From Thermodesulfobacteriota bacterium (GTDB lineage: Bacteria > Desulfobacterota > Binatia > Binatales > Binataceae): a DNA stretch of 64,000 nt. Shown here piece by piece: positions 8,453-18,715 of this stretch. The notes under the pieces are model-generated. The model had not been told where the DNA came from. It did no database searches and saw only the letters and a program-made list of their open reading frames with translations. Position 1 is the first letter of the stretch, and each line of letters starts with the position of its first letter. The position numbers and the translations under genes were made by a program. The DNA is taken from NCBI GenBank assembly GCA_046728175.1, contig JBKPEA010000005.1, positions 12,795 through 76,794 on the forward strand, read 5' to 3'.

Positions 8453-9505
8453 ATGGATCACTCGGTTCAACCACCCCCACGACGCATCGTTGTAAAAGAA
8501 GTCAATTGGCTCGGCGACCTGGTTATGAGCCTGCCCGCCTTGCGCGCGATTCGTCGTTCCTTTCCGGGTGTGCACATTTCCGTTCTGACCAAGAGTGAGT
8601 TGGCGAGCTTCTTCGATGGAGTGGAATGGCTAGACGAAGTAATTCCCTACTCGGTCCACCCCAGCATTCGAGGTCTTGGCGATCGACGCGCGGTAGTTAA
8701 CACGATCCGATCGCGCGGATTCGACTTGGCCGTCTTGTTTCCCAACAGCTTCGAATCCGCATTGTGGGTGCGGATGGCGCGAATTCCGCGCCGGGCCGGG
8801 TACATAAGCGACGGACGCGGCCTGATGCTTACGCACAAGCTCAAGCCGCCTCCGCAGGCCATAAATGATCACCAGGTTCACTACTGGCTCGCCATGGTGC
8901 GGGGCACAATCGGCGCATCAGGAAACCCACAGGATTTTGCTCTGACCGCCGACCCAAACCACTTGCAGGAGATGGGCGTGTGGCTCGATGCGCATCGCCG
9001 GCGTAGTGGTTCACCCTTGATTGCTATCGCCCCCGCAGCTTCGTTCGGACCCGCCAAGGAGTGGCCGACGAAGCATTTCGTCCAGCTCATCAATGACCTC
9101 GCCGAGCGTCACGCTGCCGAATGCGTGCTGGTAGGTGCGCCCAACGAGCGTCCGCAATGTGCATCGATCGCATCCGCCTCACGCCGCGGTGCGCTGATCG
9201 CCGCCGGAGAAACCAGCGTTGGCCAGCTGGTAGCGTTGCTCAAGTTGGCCGATGGGTTTGTCGGCAATGATTCAGGCGCGATGCACGTCGCGGCTGCGCT
9301 GGGACGGCCCACGGTAGGAATTTTCGGTTCTACAAACCCCGCGAGGACCGGGCCGCTGGGACCGAGAACCCGGGTTCTCTGGCAACATCTCATCTGCAGC
9401 CCCTGCCTCGCGCGCACCTGCCGCTTCGGGCACTACAACTGTCTCCGGGAAATTACTCCCGCGGACGCCCTCGACGCTTTGCTCGCGCTGGGCGCGATAC
9501 AATGA
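8453..9505 (+). CDS. Glycosyltransferase family 9 (LPS heptosyltransferase, WaaF/WaaC-like)
   Basis: RIVVKEVNWLGDLVMSLPALRAIRRSFP N-terminal GT9 motif, GNDSGAMHVAAALGRPTVGIFG C-terminal motif. Confidence 0.75.
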   Translation: MDHSVQPPPRRIVVKEVNWLGDLVMSLPALRAIRRSFPGVHISVLTKSELASFFDGVEWLDEVIPYSVHPSIRGLGDRRAVVNTIRSRGFDLAVLFPNSFESALWVRMARIPRRAGYISDGRGLMLTHKLKPPPQAINDHQVHYWLAMVRGTIGASGNPQDFALTADPNHLQEMGVWLDAHRRRSGSPLIAIAPAASFGPAKEWPTKHFVQLINDLAERHAAECVLVGAPNERPQCASIASASRRGALIAAGETSVGQLVALLKLADGFVGNDSGAMHVAAALGRPTVGIFGSTNPARTGPLGPRTRVLWQHLICSPCLARTCRFGHYNCLREITPADALDALLALGAIQ

Positions 9506-9564
9506 CCGGGTTTCTTGTGCCGCCACGTTGCAATATTCTGACAAGCTAACGTCCGGGTGAAGCC

Positions 9565-10584
9565 ATGAAACTCAAGGAACTCGCCGCTCGTTTGGAACTG
9601 GAACTGCGTGGCGACGGGGATACTGAGATTTTCGCCCCTGCGCCAATCGAAGCGGCCGGTCCTGGCATGATCACGTTCGTGGCCGCCGAGAAATTCGCAC
9701 CTGCCCTCGAGCGAACTTCGGCGGCGGCGGCCATTGTCGCGCGCGAATTCGTCGACCAGGCGCCGTGCCCGGCACTGATCAGCGCGAATCCTTACGTCGA
9801 CTTTGCGCGCACGGTTGGGATTTTTTTCCCACCGTATCGTCCTCGGCCGGGAATCGACCCGAGCGCGCAAATCGCGCCCGGTGTGAAGCTTGGCGAGAAC
9901 GCGTCGGTTGGACCGAACGCGGTAATCGGCGCAGGTACCACGCTGGGCCGCAACGCGGTGCTCCACGCCAATGCCACCATCTATCCAAACGTTCGCATCG
10001 GCGACGATTTCACCTGCCACAGCCAGGCGGTGGTTCGCGAAGGGTGCACGATCGGCAACCGGGTGACGATTCTCGATGGAGCTGTAATTGGTGCGGACGG
10101 GTTCGGCTTCGTAGAAGATCGTGGTGGCCTGGTTAAGATTCCCCAGGTCGGGACCGTGGTTCTCGAGGACGACGTCGAGATCGGCGCCAAGTCGACCGTC
10201 GACCGGGCAATGCTCGGTGCCACAGTTTTACACCGTGGCGTGAAACTCGACGACCAGGTCCATATCGGCCACAACTGCGAAGTCGGAGATTACACGCGGC
10301 TGTGCGCGCAGGTCGGCATCGGCGGCTCAACCAAGATCGGCAAATGGTGCCTGTTCGGCGGCCAGGCCGCCGCGCCCGATCACCTCACGATCGGGGATCG
10401 CGTGATGGTCGCGGCGCGGGGCGCACTGCATCGGGATACACCCGATGGCGCGATCATGGCGGGTTGCCCGGCCGTCGAGATCGGGGTTTGGCGCCGCTAT
10501 GTTGCGGGTTGGCCACGTCTGACGGAAATTCTGCGACGCCTGCGCGCGCTCGAAAAACAGCTGGAGGACAATGAGGACAGGTGA
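9565..10584 (+). CDS. lpxD: UDP-3-O-(3-hydroxyacyl)glucosamine N-acyltransferase
   Basis: LpxD-type N-terminus followed by left-handed beta-helix hexapeptide repeats; 339 aa. Confidence 0.85.
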   Translation: MKLKELAARLELELRGDGDTEIFAPAPIEAAGPGMITFVAAEKFAPALERTSAAAAIVAREFVDQAPCPALISANPYVDFARTVGIFFPPYRPRPGIDPSAQIAPGVKLGENASVGPNAVIGAGTTLGRNAVLHANATIYPNVRIGDDFTCHSQAVVREGCTIGNRVTILDGAVIGADGFGFVEDRGGLVKIPQVGTVVLEDDVEIGAKSTVDRAMLGATVLHRGVKLDDQVHIGHNCEVGDYTRLCAQVGIGGSTKIGKWCLFGGQAAAPDHLTIGDRVMVAARGALHRDTPDGAIMAGCPAVEIGVWRRYVAGWPRLTEILRRLRALEKQLEDNEDR

Positions 10585-10620
10585 GCTGGTAGCTCGCTCG
10601 CGAGCCGCTGGGGGACGAGG

Positions 10621-10827
10621 GTGAAACTGGTCGCACTCATAGGTCTGCTGGTTGTTGGCCTGGGGCTCAGCGGGTGTATCTGGCTGGCCATCCCCGGACT
10701 CGCCTACACCGGCTATCAATATGAAAAGACCGGCAAGCTACCGGGCATGCCGTCCACCTCGCAAGCCTCGTCCGGCAGCAAACCCCAAGCGTCCGCCCAA
10801 GCGACGCCTTCCGACAATATCGAATGA
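10621..10827 (+). CDS. Small lipoprotein (hypothetical)
   Basis: Signal peptide with lipobox LSGC; S/Q-rich tail; 68 aa. Confidence 0.4.
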   Translation: MKLVALIGLLVVGLGLSGCIWLAIPGLAYTGYQYEKTGKLPGMPSTSQASSGSKPQASAQATPSDNIE

Positions 10828-10857
10828 CGATAGCCCCAATCGCCAAGGAGCCTCACT

Positions 10858-12177
10858 TTGCCGACCAAAGATAACGTGCGTTTCGCGCCCGCGGACGGGA
10901 AGCTCGGTGTCCTGATTCCCGGACTCGGCGCAGTGAGCACGACCTTCATCGCGGGGGTCGAGGCGGTCAAGCGTGGTCTGGGATTGCCAATCGGCTCGTT
11001 GACCCAGCTCGCGACGGTGCGTCTGGGCAAGCGCACCGAAGGTCGCACACCCCTGATCAGGGACTTCGTCCCGCTCGCGTCGATAAACGATCTGGAATTC
11101 TGCGGTTGGGATATTTTTGAGGATAACGCGTACCAGTCAGCCCGCAATGCCGCAGTGCTGGATCCGGCCCTGATCGAAAAGGTGCGCGAGCCGCTCGAAA
11201 AAATTCACCCCATGGAGGCCGTGTTCGATCGCGAGTACGTACGCCGGATCAATGGTCCGAACGTGAAGGAAGGCCGCAACAAAATGGAAAAGGCCGAGAT
11301 GCTGATGGAAGACATCCGGCAATTCCAGGCGCGCACCGGCGTCAAGCGCATGGTGATGATTTGGTGCGGCTCCACCGAGGTGTTCCATACCCCATCGCAA
11401 GTGCATCAGTCCCTCAAGCGATTCGAGCACGGACTTCAAAAGAATGACCTGGAAATAGCGCCGAGCCAGATTTACGCATACGCGGCGCTCAAGATGGGAA
11501 TTCCATACGCCAACGGCGCACCCAACCTGACGACGGATACACCGGCGCTGCTCGAACTCGCGCGTGAGAAGAACGTCCCGATCTGCGGTAAGGATTTCAA
11601 AACCGGACAGACCTTTATAAAAACACTCATCGCGCCCGGACTGAAGGCACGAATGCTCGGGCTGTCGGGATGGTTCTCTACCAATATCCTTGGTAACCGC
11701 GACGGGGAGGTGCTGGACGACCCCGGATCGTTCAAATCAAAGGAGGAAACCAAGCTGTCGGTGCTCGATCAGATACTGCAACCGCGGTTGTACCCGCAGC
11801 TCTACGGCGATGTGTTTCACTCGGTGCGGATCAACTACTATCCGCCGCGCGGCGACGCCAAGGAAGGCTGGGACAACATCGATCTCTTCGGATGGCTCGG
11901 CTACCCGATGCAGATCAAGATCGACTTTTTGTGCCGCGATTCAATCCTCGCGGCGCCGCTGGTGCTCGACCTGGTACTGTTCCTGGACCTGGCCCGTCGC
12001 GCCGGCATGCACGGAATCCAGGAATGGCTCTCGTTCTTCTTCAAGGCTCCGATGCACGCACCGGGGCTCTACCCGGAACACGACATTTTTATTCAGCTCA
12101 TGAAGCTCAAGAACACGCTGCGCTGGATGCGCGGTGAGGATCTGATAACCCACCTGGGGCTCGAATATTACGACTAG
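10858..12177 (+). CDS. Inositol-3-phosphate synthase (myo-inositol-1-phosphate synthase)
   Basis: 439 aa; conserved GWDI, ANGAPN, SGWFSTNILGNRDGEVLDDP motifs of the bacterial/archaeal Ino1 family; TTG start. Confidence 0.85.
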   Translation: MPTKDNVRFAPADGKLGVLIPGLGAVSTTFIAGVEAVKRGLGLPIGSLTQLATVRLGKRTEGRTPLIRDFVPLASINDLEFCGWDIFEDNAYQSARNAAVLDPALIEKVREPLEKIHPMEAVFDREYVRRINGPNVKEGRNKMEKAEMLMEDIRQFQARTGVKRMVMIWCGSTEVFHTPSQVHQSLKRFEHGLQKNDLEIAPSQIYAYAALKMGIPYANGAPNLTTDTPALLELAREKNVPICGKDFKTGQTFIKTLIAPGLKARMLGLSGWFSTNILGNRDGEVLDDPGSFKSKEETKLSVLDQILQPRLYPQLYGDVFHSVRINYYPPRGDAKEGWDNIDLFGWLGYPMQIKIDFLCRDSILAAPLVLDLVLFLDLARRAGMHGIQEWLSFFFKAPMHAPGLYPEHDIFIQLMKLKNTLRWMRGEDLITHLGLEYYD

Positions 12178-12207
12178 CGCCCGGCCTGCCTTTTCTGGAA
12201 TTACCTG

Positions 12208-12600
12208 GTGCGCGGACTTATTCTGATAGCAATCGGCGGCGCGATCGGCAGCGTGGGACGCTACTACGCGTCGCGCGTGATCATGCTACTCAGCGGCGGA
12301 GTGTTTCCCTTCGGTACCCTGTTCGTGAACGTAAGCGGCGCGATCGCTATCGGATTCCTGGCAGCCCTGTCCGCCCCGGAGAGTCCCTTCTTTGTAACCC
12401 CGCAGGCGCGCCTGTTCTTCATGACCGGAATCTGCGGCGGATATACGACCTTCTCGACCTTCAGCCTTGAGACGATGGCGCTGATCGGCGATGGGCAATG
12501 GATCGCTGCCTCTCTGAACGCGGTCGGCTCGGTTCTGCTGTGCCTGGCCGCCGTGTGGCTGGGGAGCGTGGCGGCACAATTGATGGGCCGCGGTGTTTAG
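12208..12600 (+). CDS. crcB: Fluoride ion channel CrcB/FluC
   Basis: 130 aa, four TM segments, GTLFVNVSGA and GGYTTFSTFS signature motifs. Confidence 0.85.
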   Translation: MRGLILIAIGGAIGSVGRYYASRVIMLLSGGVFPFGTLFVNVSGAIAIGFLAALSAPESPFFVTPQARLFFMTGICGGYTTFSTFSLETMALIGDGQWIAASLNAVGSVLLCLAAVWLGSVAAQLMGRGV

Positions 12601-12602
12601 CG

Positions 12603-12947
12603 ATGCACGTTCCACGGGAGGCGGTTCTACTGCGAATTTTCATTGGCGAAGAGGATCGGATTAAGGGCCGTCCGCTGTACGAAGCGATCGTCCTGAAAGC
12701 GCGCGAAGCCGGACTGGCCGGCGCGACGGTCCTGCGCGGCCCGATGAGCTTTGGCAAGAGCAGCACGCTGCACACCGCCAAGGTTCTGCGGCTCAGCGAG
12801 GACTTGCCGATCGTAATCGAGATTGTCGATACTGAGGAAAAGATCGACGCGTTCCTGCCGGTGCTCGACCCGATGATGGGCTCCGGACTGGTCACGCTTG
12901 AGCGCGTGCAGGTACTGCAGTACGGCGACAGCAACGGAAAGAACTGA
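12603..12947 (+). CDS. DUF190 (PII-like) domain protein
   Basis: LLRIFIGEEDRIKGRPLYEAIVLKAREAGLAGATVLRG; starts 3 nt after the crcB stop. Confidence 0.7.
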   Translation: MHVPREAVLLRIFIGEEDRIKGRPLYEAIVLKAREAGLAGATVLRGPMSFGKSSTLHTAKVLRLSEDLPIVIEIVDTEEKIDAFLPVLDPMMGSGLVTLERVQVLQYGDSNGKN

Positions 12948-12962
12948 CCGGCGGAGCTAGCC

Positions 12963-13364
12963 ATGGAGAGAAAATACCTCAACCCACCCACTTTGCTTCA
13001 GCCGCGCGGCTACACGCACGTCGTGACCGTGGAGGGCGGCGGCAAGATGGTCTTCATCTCCGGACAAGTCGCGGTAGACAAGGACGGAAAGCTGGTCGGA
13101 CCGGGCGATTTGAAGACCCAGATTCGGCAGGCTGCGAGCAACTTGAAGCTCGCGCTGCAGGCCGCGGGCGCGACCGCTGCCGATCTCGTCAAGACCAATA
13201 CCTATATCGTCAACTACAAGCAGGCCGACTACTCGGCGCTGCGCGAGGCGCGCGCGGAGCTGTTCCCCGCCGGTGAGCCCCCCGCGTCGACGCTGGTCGG
13301 GGTAACCTCGCTTGCAGTCGACGGCCTTATGGTCGAGATGGAAGCGATTGCGGTAGTGAAGTGA
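12963..13364 (+). CDS. RidA family (YjgF/TdcF-like) enamine/imine deaminase
   Basis: 133 aa; PRGYTHVV, ISGQVAVDKDGKLVG, NTYIVN, STLVGV motifs. Confidence 0.85.
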   Translation: MERKYLNPPTLLQPRGYTHVVTVEGGGKMVFISGQVAVDKDGKLVGPGDLKTQIRQAASNLKLALQAAGATAADLVKTNTYIVNYKQADYSALREARAELFPAGEPPASTLVGVTSLAVDGLMVEMEAIAVVK

Positions 13365-13527
13365 GCCCCTACGGTCCGTCCTGGACACGATGGTAGCCGC
13401 GCACTGACTCCGCGGCGCTCCGCGGTTTTGCTGGTCATCGCAGCATAAGAGTTGTTTTCCGAGTGGCCTTTCCCGCCGCTGAGGCGGTGAGCCGCGCGCC
13501 GTTTTAGCCACAGGGCCGATCGGGAAT

Positions 13528-14385
13528 TTGACTCTGGCGCCCGCCTTTGATGACTTGGCTCGCATGGCTGGCTTCGACGAGTCCACCTATGGCGAGCGCA
13601 TCGCAGACGTCTACGACGAATTCTTTACCACCCCCACCAACGCCGTGGACGCGGTCGCGTTTCTCGCTTCCGTCGCCGGAAGCCGGCGCGTGCTGGAACT
13701 GGGAATCGGTACGGGCAGAATAGCGCTGCCGCTGGCTGCGCGAGGCCTCAAGGTTTCGGGCATCGACTCGTCTCCGAGGATGGTCGAGAAACTTCACGAC
13801 AAGCCGGGCGGGGATGCAATTCCGGTCGCGCTTGGAAACTTTGTCGACGTCAAAGTCCCGGGACAGTTCTCGCTGATCTACGTGGTATTCAGCACCTTCT
13901 TTGGTGGACTGTTCACCCAGGAAGACCAAATTCGATGTTTCGACCGCGTGGCCCGTCATCTCACCGACGAAGGTGTCTTCGTGCTGGAAGCGTTTGTACC
14001 GGATGTCTCGCGCTTCGATCGCGGACAACGAACCTCGACTATCTATCTGGATACCGAAACCGCGGTAATCGACTCGGCCAAGCACGATCCAGTCACCCAG
14101 CGGGTCCAGGCCGCGCATATGATCGTCCGCGAAGATGGAAACCGCCTCTATCCGGTCCAGGTCCGTTACGCCTGGCCATCGGAGCTGGACCTGATGGCGC
14201 GGCTGGCCGGCATGAGACTGCGCGAGCGCTGGGGTGGATGGCGCCGAGAATCTTTCACCGCGTTGAGCCCCCTTCACGTGAGCGTCTACGAAAAAGTCCG
14301 CGCGGTGACCGGGCCATCGACAAATGCGAAACAGCGTCAGCGGGTTAAGAGCTCGCCCCGCCCCGGCAAACGCGGGCGCGCTTGA
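13528..14385 (+). CDS. Class I SAM-dependent methyltransferase
   Basis: VLELGIGTGRIALPLAARG motif I, IDSSPRM motif II. Confidence 0.7.
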   Translation: MTLAPAFDDLARMAGFDESTYGERIADVYDEFFTTPTNAVDAVAFLASVAGSRRVLELGIGTGRIALPLAARGLKVSGIDSSPRMVEKLHDKPGGDAIPVALGNFVDVKVPGQFSLIYVVFSTFFGGLFTQEDQIRCFDRVARHLTDEGVFVLEAFVPDVSRFDRGQRTSTIYLDTETAVIDSAKHDPVTQRVQAAHMIVREDGNRLYPVQVRYAWPSELDLMARLAGMRLRERWGGWRRESFTALSPLHVSVYEKVRAVTGPSTNAKQRQRVKSSPRPGKRGRA

Positions 14386-14395
14386 CAGGTGTCGT

Positions 14396-15655
14396 ATGAA
14401 CGCAATCGAAGAACGCTTTCGCAAACAAACGGTCAGGTCCGCGCAACTCGCGGAACGCGCGGAGCACGTGATGCCGGGCGGTGACACGCGCACCACCACC
14501 TACCATCGGCCTTACCCGCTCGCCATCGATCGCGGCGAAGGACCGTTTCTGTTCGACGTCGATGGCAACCGCTATATCGACTTGCTCGGGAATTACACCA
14601 GCCTGGTTCACGGGCACGCCTACCCGCCGATCGCCGAGGCGGTCGCGCACGCCGCGCGCAACGGCACGGCGTGGCCAGCACGGTCGCGGGCGCAGATCGA
14701 ATTGGCAGAATTATTGTGCGAAAGAATTCCCTCGGTGGAGAGCGTTCGTTTCTGCAACTCCGGTACCGAGGCTGGCATGCTGGCAGCGCAGGTCGCGCGC
14801 CATCTGACCGGACGCAAGTTCGTGGTGATGGCGCGCTATGGATACCACGGGTCGTACGATGACCTGGAATTGGGCCTGCTTGGCCACGACGGCGAGCGGA
14901 CCCTGCTCGGTGAATTCGGCCGTGCCGACACTTTCGAACAGCTATTGGCGCAACGCGGATCGGAAATCGCCGCGGTATTTCTGGAACCGGTGCTTGGCTC
15001 TTCCGGGGTGGTTGCGCCGCCGCAGGGGTTTCTGCAGCGGGTTGCAGACGACGCCCATCGGGCGGGCGCACTGTTCGTGCTCGACGAGGTCATAACGCTG
15101 CGCCTGTCGGAAGGCGGCGCGCAGCAGATCTTCAAGCTCAAGCCCGACCTCACCATGATGGGGAAGATCATCGGGGGCGGCCTGCCGGTGGGCGCGCTGG
15201 GTGGAAGAGCGGACATTATGGCATCGTTCGATCCACGGGAGCGCCACTCGCTGCTCCATTCAGGAACCTTCAACGGTAACGTGCTCACCTGCTCTGCAGG
15301 AAAGGTCTCGGTGCGCGAGCTGACCCAGGAGCGCATCGACAAGATGGAAGCCCAGGCCAAGCGTCTCGCCGAGGAATTCAAGCGTCGGGCGCGACAGTCA
15401 GAAGTTCCCTTCTCCGTCCGGCAATTCGGTTCGCTTATGAACATCTTTTTCACTAATGTCGCGCCGCCGGCGACGATCGTTCGGGAGGATATTCGGACGA
15501 TGGCACAGTTTCATCTCGCCGCGCTCAATCACGGACTTTTCATCGCACCGCGCGGCCTGATCGCGCTTTCGACCGTTATCAGCGACAATCTCGTGGAAGA
15601 GATCTGCGAACGCGTCGCACAAGCGATGACGGACGTCGCACGCCAGCTAGTATAA
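14396..15655 (+). CDS. Class III aminotransferase (glutamate-1-semialdehyde aminomutase-like)
   Basis: NSGTEAG, DEVITLR, lysine-containing MMGKIIGGGLP region; start ATG 14396. Confidence 0.8.
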   Translation: MNAIEERFRKQTVRSAQLAERAEHVMPGGDTRTTTYHRPYPLAIDRGEGPFLFDVDGNRYIDLLGNYTSLVHGHAYPPIAEAVAHAARNGTAWPARSRAQIELAELLCERIPSVESVRFCNSGTEAGMLAAQVARHLTGRKFVVMARYGYHGSYDDLELGLLGHDGERTLLGEFGRADTFEQLLAQRGSEIAAVFLEPVLGSSGVVAPPQGFLQRVADDAHRAGALFVLDEVITLRLSEGGAQQIFKLKPDLTMMGKIIGGGLPVGALGGRADIMASFDPRERHSLLHSGTFNGNVLTCSAGKVSVRELTQERIDKMEAQAKRLAEEFKRRARQSEVPFSVRQFGSLMNIFFTNVAPPATIVREDIRTMAQFHLAALNHGLFIAPRGLIALSTVISDNLVEEICERVAQAMTDVARQLV

Positions 15656-15888
15656 GCGGTTCTACAGCGTTACCTGGCGAGGTCATTAACCTAGTTGACA
15701 CGCGCGTCGTCTGTTTTTTGGCGACCCTTTCTTCATCGCTCCCGGGTCGCGCAGAACGGAACGTTTCGTTCCGACTTAGGGCCCGACACCGCATCGGTCG
15801 ACGACCCCCCATGACAACTCCGCAAGCGGCAGTTGTCGGTTGGTCGCCGAACAAAGAGCTGCCTTTATCTCAGCGCGGGCTTGCGCGT

Positions 15889-16419
15889 TCAGCGCGGGCG
15901 CCTGGCGCGGCGGCGCATCAGGCGATCGAGCGGATTCGCGAAGCCCTCAAGCTCATTCCATACCTTGCGGACCAGCTTACGGCGCTTGAGATAGTTCATA
16001 ACTTCGAGCCGGAGCCCGTCGGGATCGTTGAAAAAAACCGCATAGTAGTCGGGCGAGTATTCCGGCCACAGGCGCGGCCCCTCTGCTTTGATGTTCAGCG
16101 CCCGTAGCTTGCGCGCGACCTGATCGACGGCCGCCCGGTTAGCGACTCGCAGAGACAGGTGGTGTAGCCCGGGGGCATACGAATCATGTTTAGCTCGATG
16201 GTGCGCTGGGCGAATGGAGACCTGGAAACTCCGATTGTAGTAGTGGCAGTGCGGCTCGCCACCGATTGCTGCGGTTCCCTTCTTGAATCCCAGCGCCCTC
16301 ATCAGGCGATCGTAAAAGCGGCTCGAGCCCGCGAAATCGCTTACCGTCAGATAGACGTGGTCGACGCCGATCAGATCGGCCGAGGAGTCCTGCTTTGGAG
16401 CGGGGCCGCGACGCCGCAT
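15889..16419 (-). CDS. VOC family protein (glyoxalase/bleomycin-resistance/dioxygenase fold)
   Basis: VDHVYLTVSDFAGSSRFYDRLMRALGF and LHHLSLRVANRAAVDQ VOC half-domains. Confidence 0.6.
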   Translation of the reverse strand: MRRRGPAPKQDSSADLIGVDHVYLTVSDFAGSSRFYDRLMRALGFKKGTAAIGGEPHCHYYNRSFQVSIRPAHHRAKHDSYAPGLHHLSLRVANRAAVDQVARKLRALNIKAEGPRLWPEYSPDYYAVFFNDPDGLRLEVMNYLKRRKLVRKVWNELEGFANPLDRLMRRRARRPR

Positions 16420-16859
16420 CAGGCCGCCTTGAGCTCCGAGGTGCAGTGCGCGCACTTGGTAGCCGCGAGCGGAATCTTGCTCAAACAGTAGGGACAGTCC
16501 TTATCCACCGGCACGGGCGGGGCCGGACTCACGAGGCGATTCATCTGCTTCACCAGGAGGAACATCGCGAACGCCACGATGACAAAGTCGATAATCGTAT
16601 TGATGAAGGAACCGTAGGCAACAATCGGCGCTCCTGCCGTCCTGGCCGCGGCCACCGAAGGAAAGGTTTTTTCGGACAGGTTGACGTACAGGCTGGTGAA
16701 GTCGACTCTCCCCAGTAGGAGTCCAATCGGCGGCATGATCACGTCATTGACTAATGAAGTCGTGATCTTGCCGAACGCGGCGCCCATGACAAAGCCGACC
16801 GCGAGGTCAACCACGTTTCCTCGCATCGCAAATTCCTTGAAATCGGAAAGCATAGACAT
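16419..16859 (-). CDS. mscL: Large-conductance mechanosensitive channel
   Basis: [26 protein letters not shown] canonical MscL N-terminus, 146 aa. Confidence 0.85.
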   Translation of the reverse strand: MSMLSDFKEFAMRGNVVDLAVGFVMGAAFGKITTSLVNDVIMPPIGLLLGRVDFTSLYVNLSEKTFPSVAAARTAGAPIVAYGSFINTIIDFVIVAFAMFLLVKQMNRLVSPAPPVPVDKDCPYCLSKIPLAATKCAHCTSELKAA

Positions 16860-17219
16860 AGTTAGTGGCCTCCTTGTCAGGTATCGAGTTCATGTCACAT
16901 AGCAATCGAACCCCTCATCGCGCGAGGGTTTTGCACGTCGCCACCCAGAGTTTCGTGACTATGCGCCAATGCTACGGGAGCCGCCCTTCGAGCCGCGCCG
17001 CGGCGGTTCGCGGAGGTGCCGTTCCGCGAGCCGGACGCGATGTGGTGTCGTCACGTCAGTCAGTCGAGTCGCATGGTGAAAGTCCGCTGGGAAGGTGCCC
17101 AGGTCCCGCCCGCCGCTCAGCGGATGGTGCCGTGAAGCCTTTTCGCTGCGACGGCCGCTGCGATAGTGTATCGGCTGAAGTGCGCATCATGGGCCAGGCC
17201 GGAGAAAAGGAGAGTGGTC

Positions 17220-18692
17220 ATGTCGAGCAATGGCAAATCCAAGACGATTCATGATCGCCTGGGCCATCCGGTAATCGATGCGGATGGGCACTATCTGGAA
17301 TTTGGACCCTCGATTATCGACTATCTGAAGCGGGTTGCGGGCGACAAAGTCGCGCAGACCTTCGTCGGGCGCAACGAGCGCGTGGCGCACGTACTTAATC
17401 AAACTCCCGAGGAGCGACGCGAACAGCGGCGGGCCCAGGAAGCTTTCTGGGCGGCGCCGACCAAGAACACGCGCGACCGCGCAACCGCGCTGCTGCCGCG
17501 GCTGCTCTACGAACGCCTCGATGAACTCGGGTTCGACTTCACCGTGCTCTATCCTACCGCCGGCCTCGGTGTCCCGTTCATTCCCGAAGAGGAATTGCGG
17601 CGCGCGACCTGCCGCGCATTCAACATGTACGTGGCGGATCATTTCCGCGAATTTTCCGATCGGATGACGCCTGCGGCGGTGATCCCGATGTACTCCCCGA
17701 CGGAAGCGCTCGAGGAACTGGAATATGCCGTGCACACCCTGGGACTCAAAGTCATCGTGATGGGCAGCATGGTGCGCCGGCCCATCAAGGCGGTGGAGCG
17801 CAAAGCACCGGCGGCGGGCCGCTACGCTTCCTGGTATGACACGCTTGGGCTCGATAGCGAACACGACTATGACGCGGTCTGGGCAAAGTGTGTCGAGCTA
17901 GGCGTCTCCCCGACCTTCCACACCGGGTCGCGCGGAATCGGTTTCCGCGTTTCGCCGACCAACTTCACCTATAACCACATCGGCCATTTCGCGACCGCGA
18001 GCGAAGCCGTATGCAAAGCCATCTTCATGGGCGGCGTGACGCGCCGTTTCCCTACCCTGAAACTCGGATTTCTGGAAGGGGGTGTGGGATGGGCCTGCAC
18101 CTTGTACTGCGATCTGATCGGCCATTGGAAAAAGCGCAACCTCAGGGCGTTGGAGGAGGTTAATCCCGCCAACCTCGACCGCGCCCTGCTGTCAGAGTTA
18201 ATCCGTCGCTACGGCGGAGAAGAGCTCGCGCGGCGCTCCGAGGCTTCCCGCAGCATCGCCAGCGGCCAGCGCAGCGACGCGGTGGGCGGCATTCGTCAAC
18301 TCGATGATTTTGCGGCGTGCAAGATCGAATGCGCCGAGGATATCCGCGATCTGTTTGTGAAGAACTTCTATTTCGGCTGCGAGGCTGATGATCCGATCAA
18401 CGCGTGGGCATTCAACCGGCGTGCGAATCCCTACGACGCGCGGCTCAACACCCTGTTCGGGTCGGACATCGGGCATTTCGATGTGGTGGACATGGCCGAG
18501 GTACTGATCGAAGCGCACGAACTGGTCGACGACGGCTTGATCACTCCGGACGACTTCCGCGACTTCGTGTTCGAAAGCCCGGTGCGATTCTGGGGAGAGG
18601 GGAATCCCAACTTCTTCAAGGGCACGTCGGTGGAGAGTGACGCTGCGAAGCTGCTTCGCGACAACTCCGCGCATGCTGCCGCGTCGCTCTGA
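17220..18692 (+). CDS. Amidohydrolase-2 family metal-dependent hydrolase
   Basis: VIDADGHYLE N-terminal motif, TIM-barrel hydrolase-like; ~490 aa. Confidence 0.6.
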   Translation: MSSNGKSKTIHDRLGHPVIDADGHYLEFGPSIIDYLKRVAGDKVAQTFVGRNERVAHVLNQTPEERREQRRAQEAFWAAPTKNTRDRATALLPRLLYERLDELGFDFTVLYPTAGLGVPFIPEEELRRATCRAFNMYVADHFREFSDRMTPAAVIPMYSPTEALEELEYAVHTLGLKVIVMGSMVRRPIKAVERKAPAAGRYASWYDTLGLDSEHDYDAVWAKCVELGVSPTFHTGSRGIGFRVSPTNFTYNHIGHFATASEAVCKAIFMGGVTRRFPTLKLGFLEGGVGWACTLYCDLIGHWKKRNLRALEEVNPANLDRALLSELIRRYGGEELARRSEASRSIASGQRSDAVGGIRQLDDFAACKIECAEDIRDLFVKNFYFGCEADDPINAWAFNRRANPYDARLNTLFGSDIGHFDVVDMAEVLIEAHELVDDGLITPDDFRDFVFESPVRFWGEGNPNFFKGTSVESDAAKLLRDNSAHAAASL

Positions 18693-18715
18693 GCACAGAG
18701 AAGGAGTGCTGCCGG

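Noticed and set aside
12178-12207. Fluoride riboswitch upstream of crcB
   Set aside because: The intergenic gap is only ~30 nt, too short for the ~50-60 nt aptamer.
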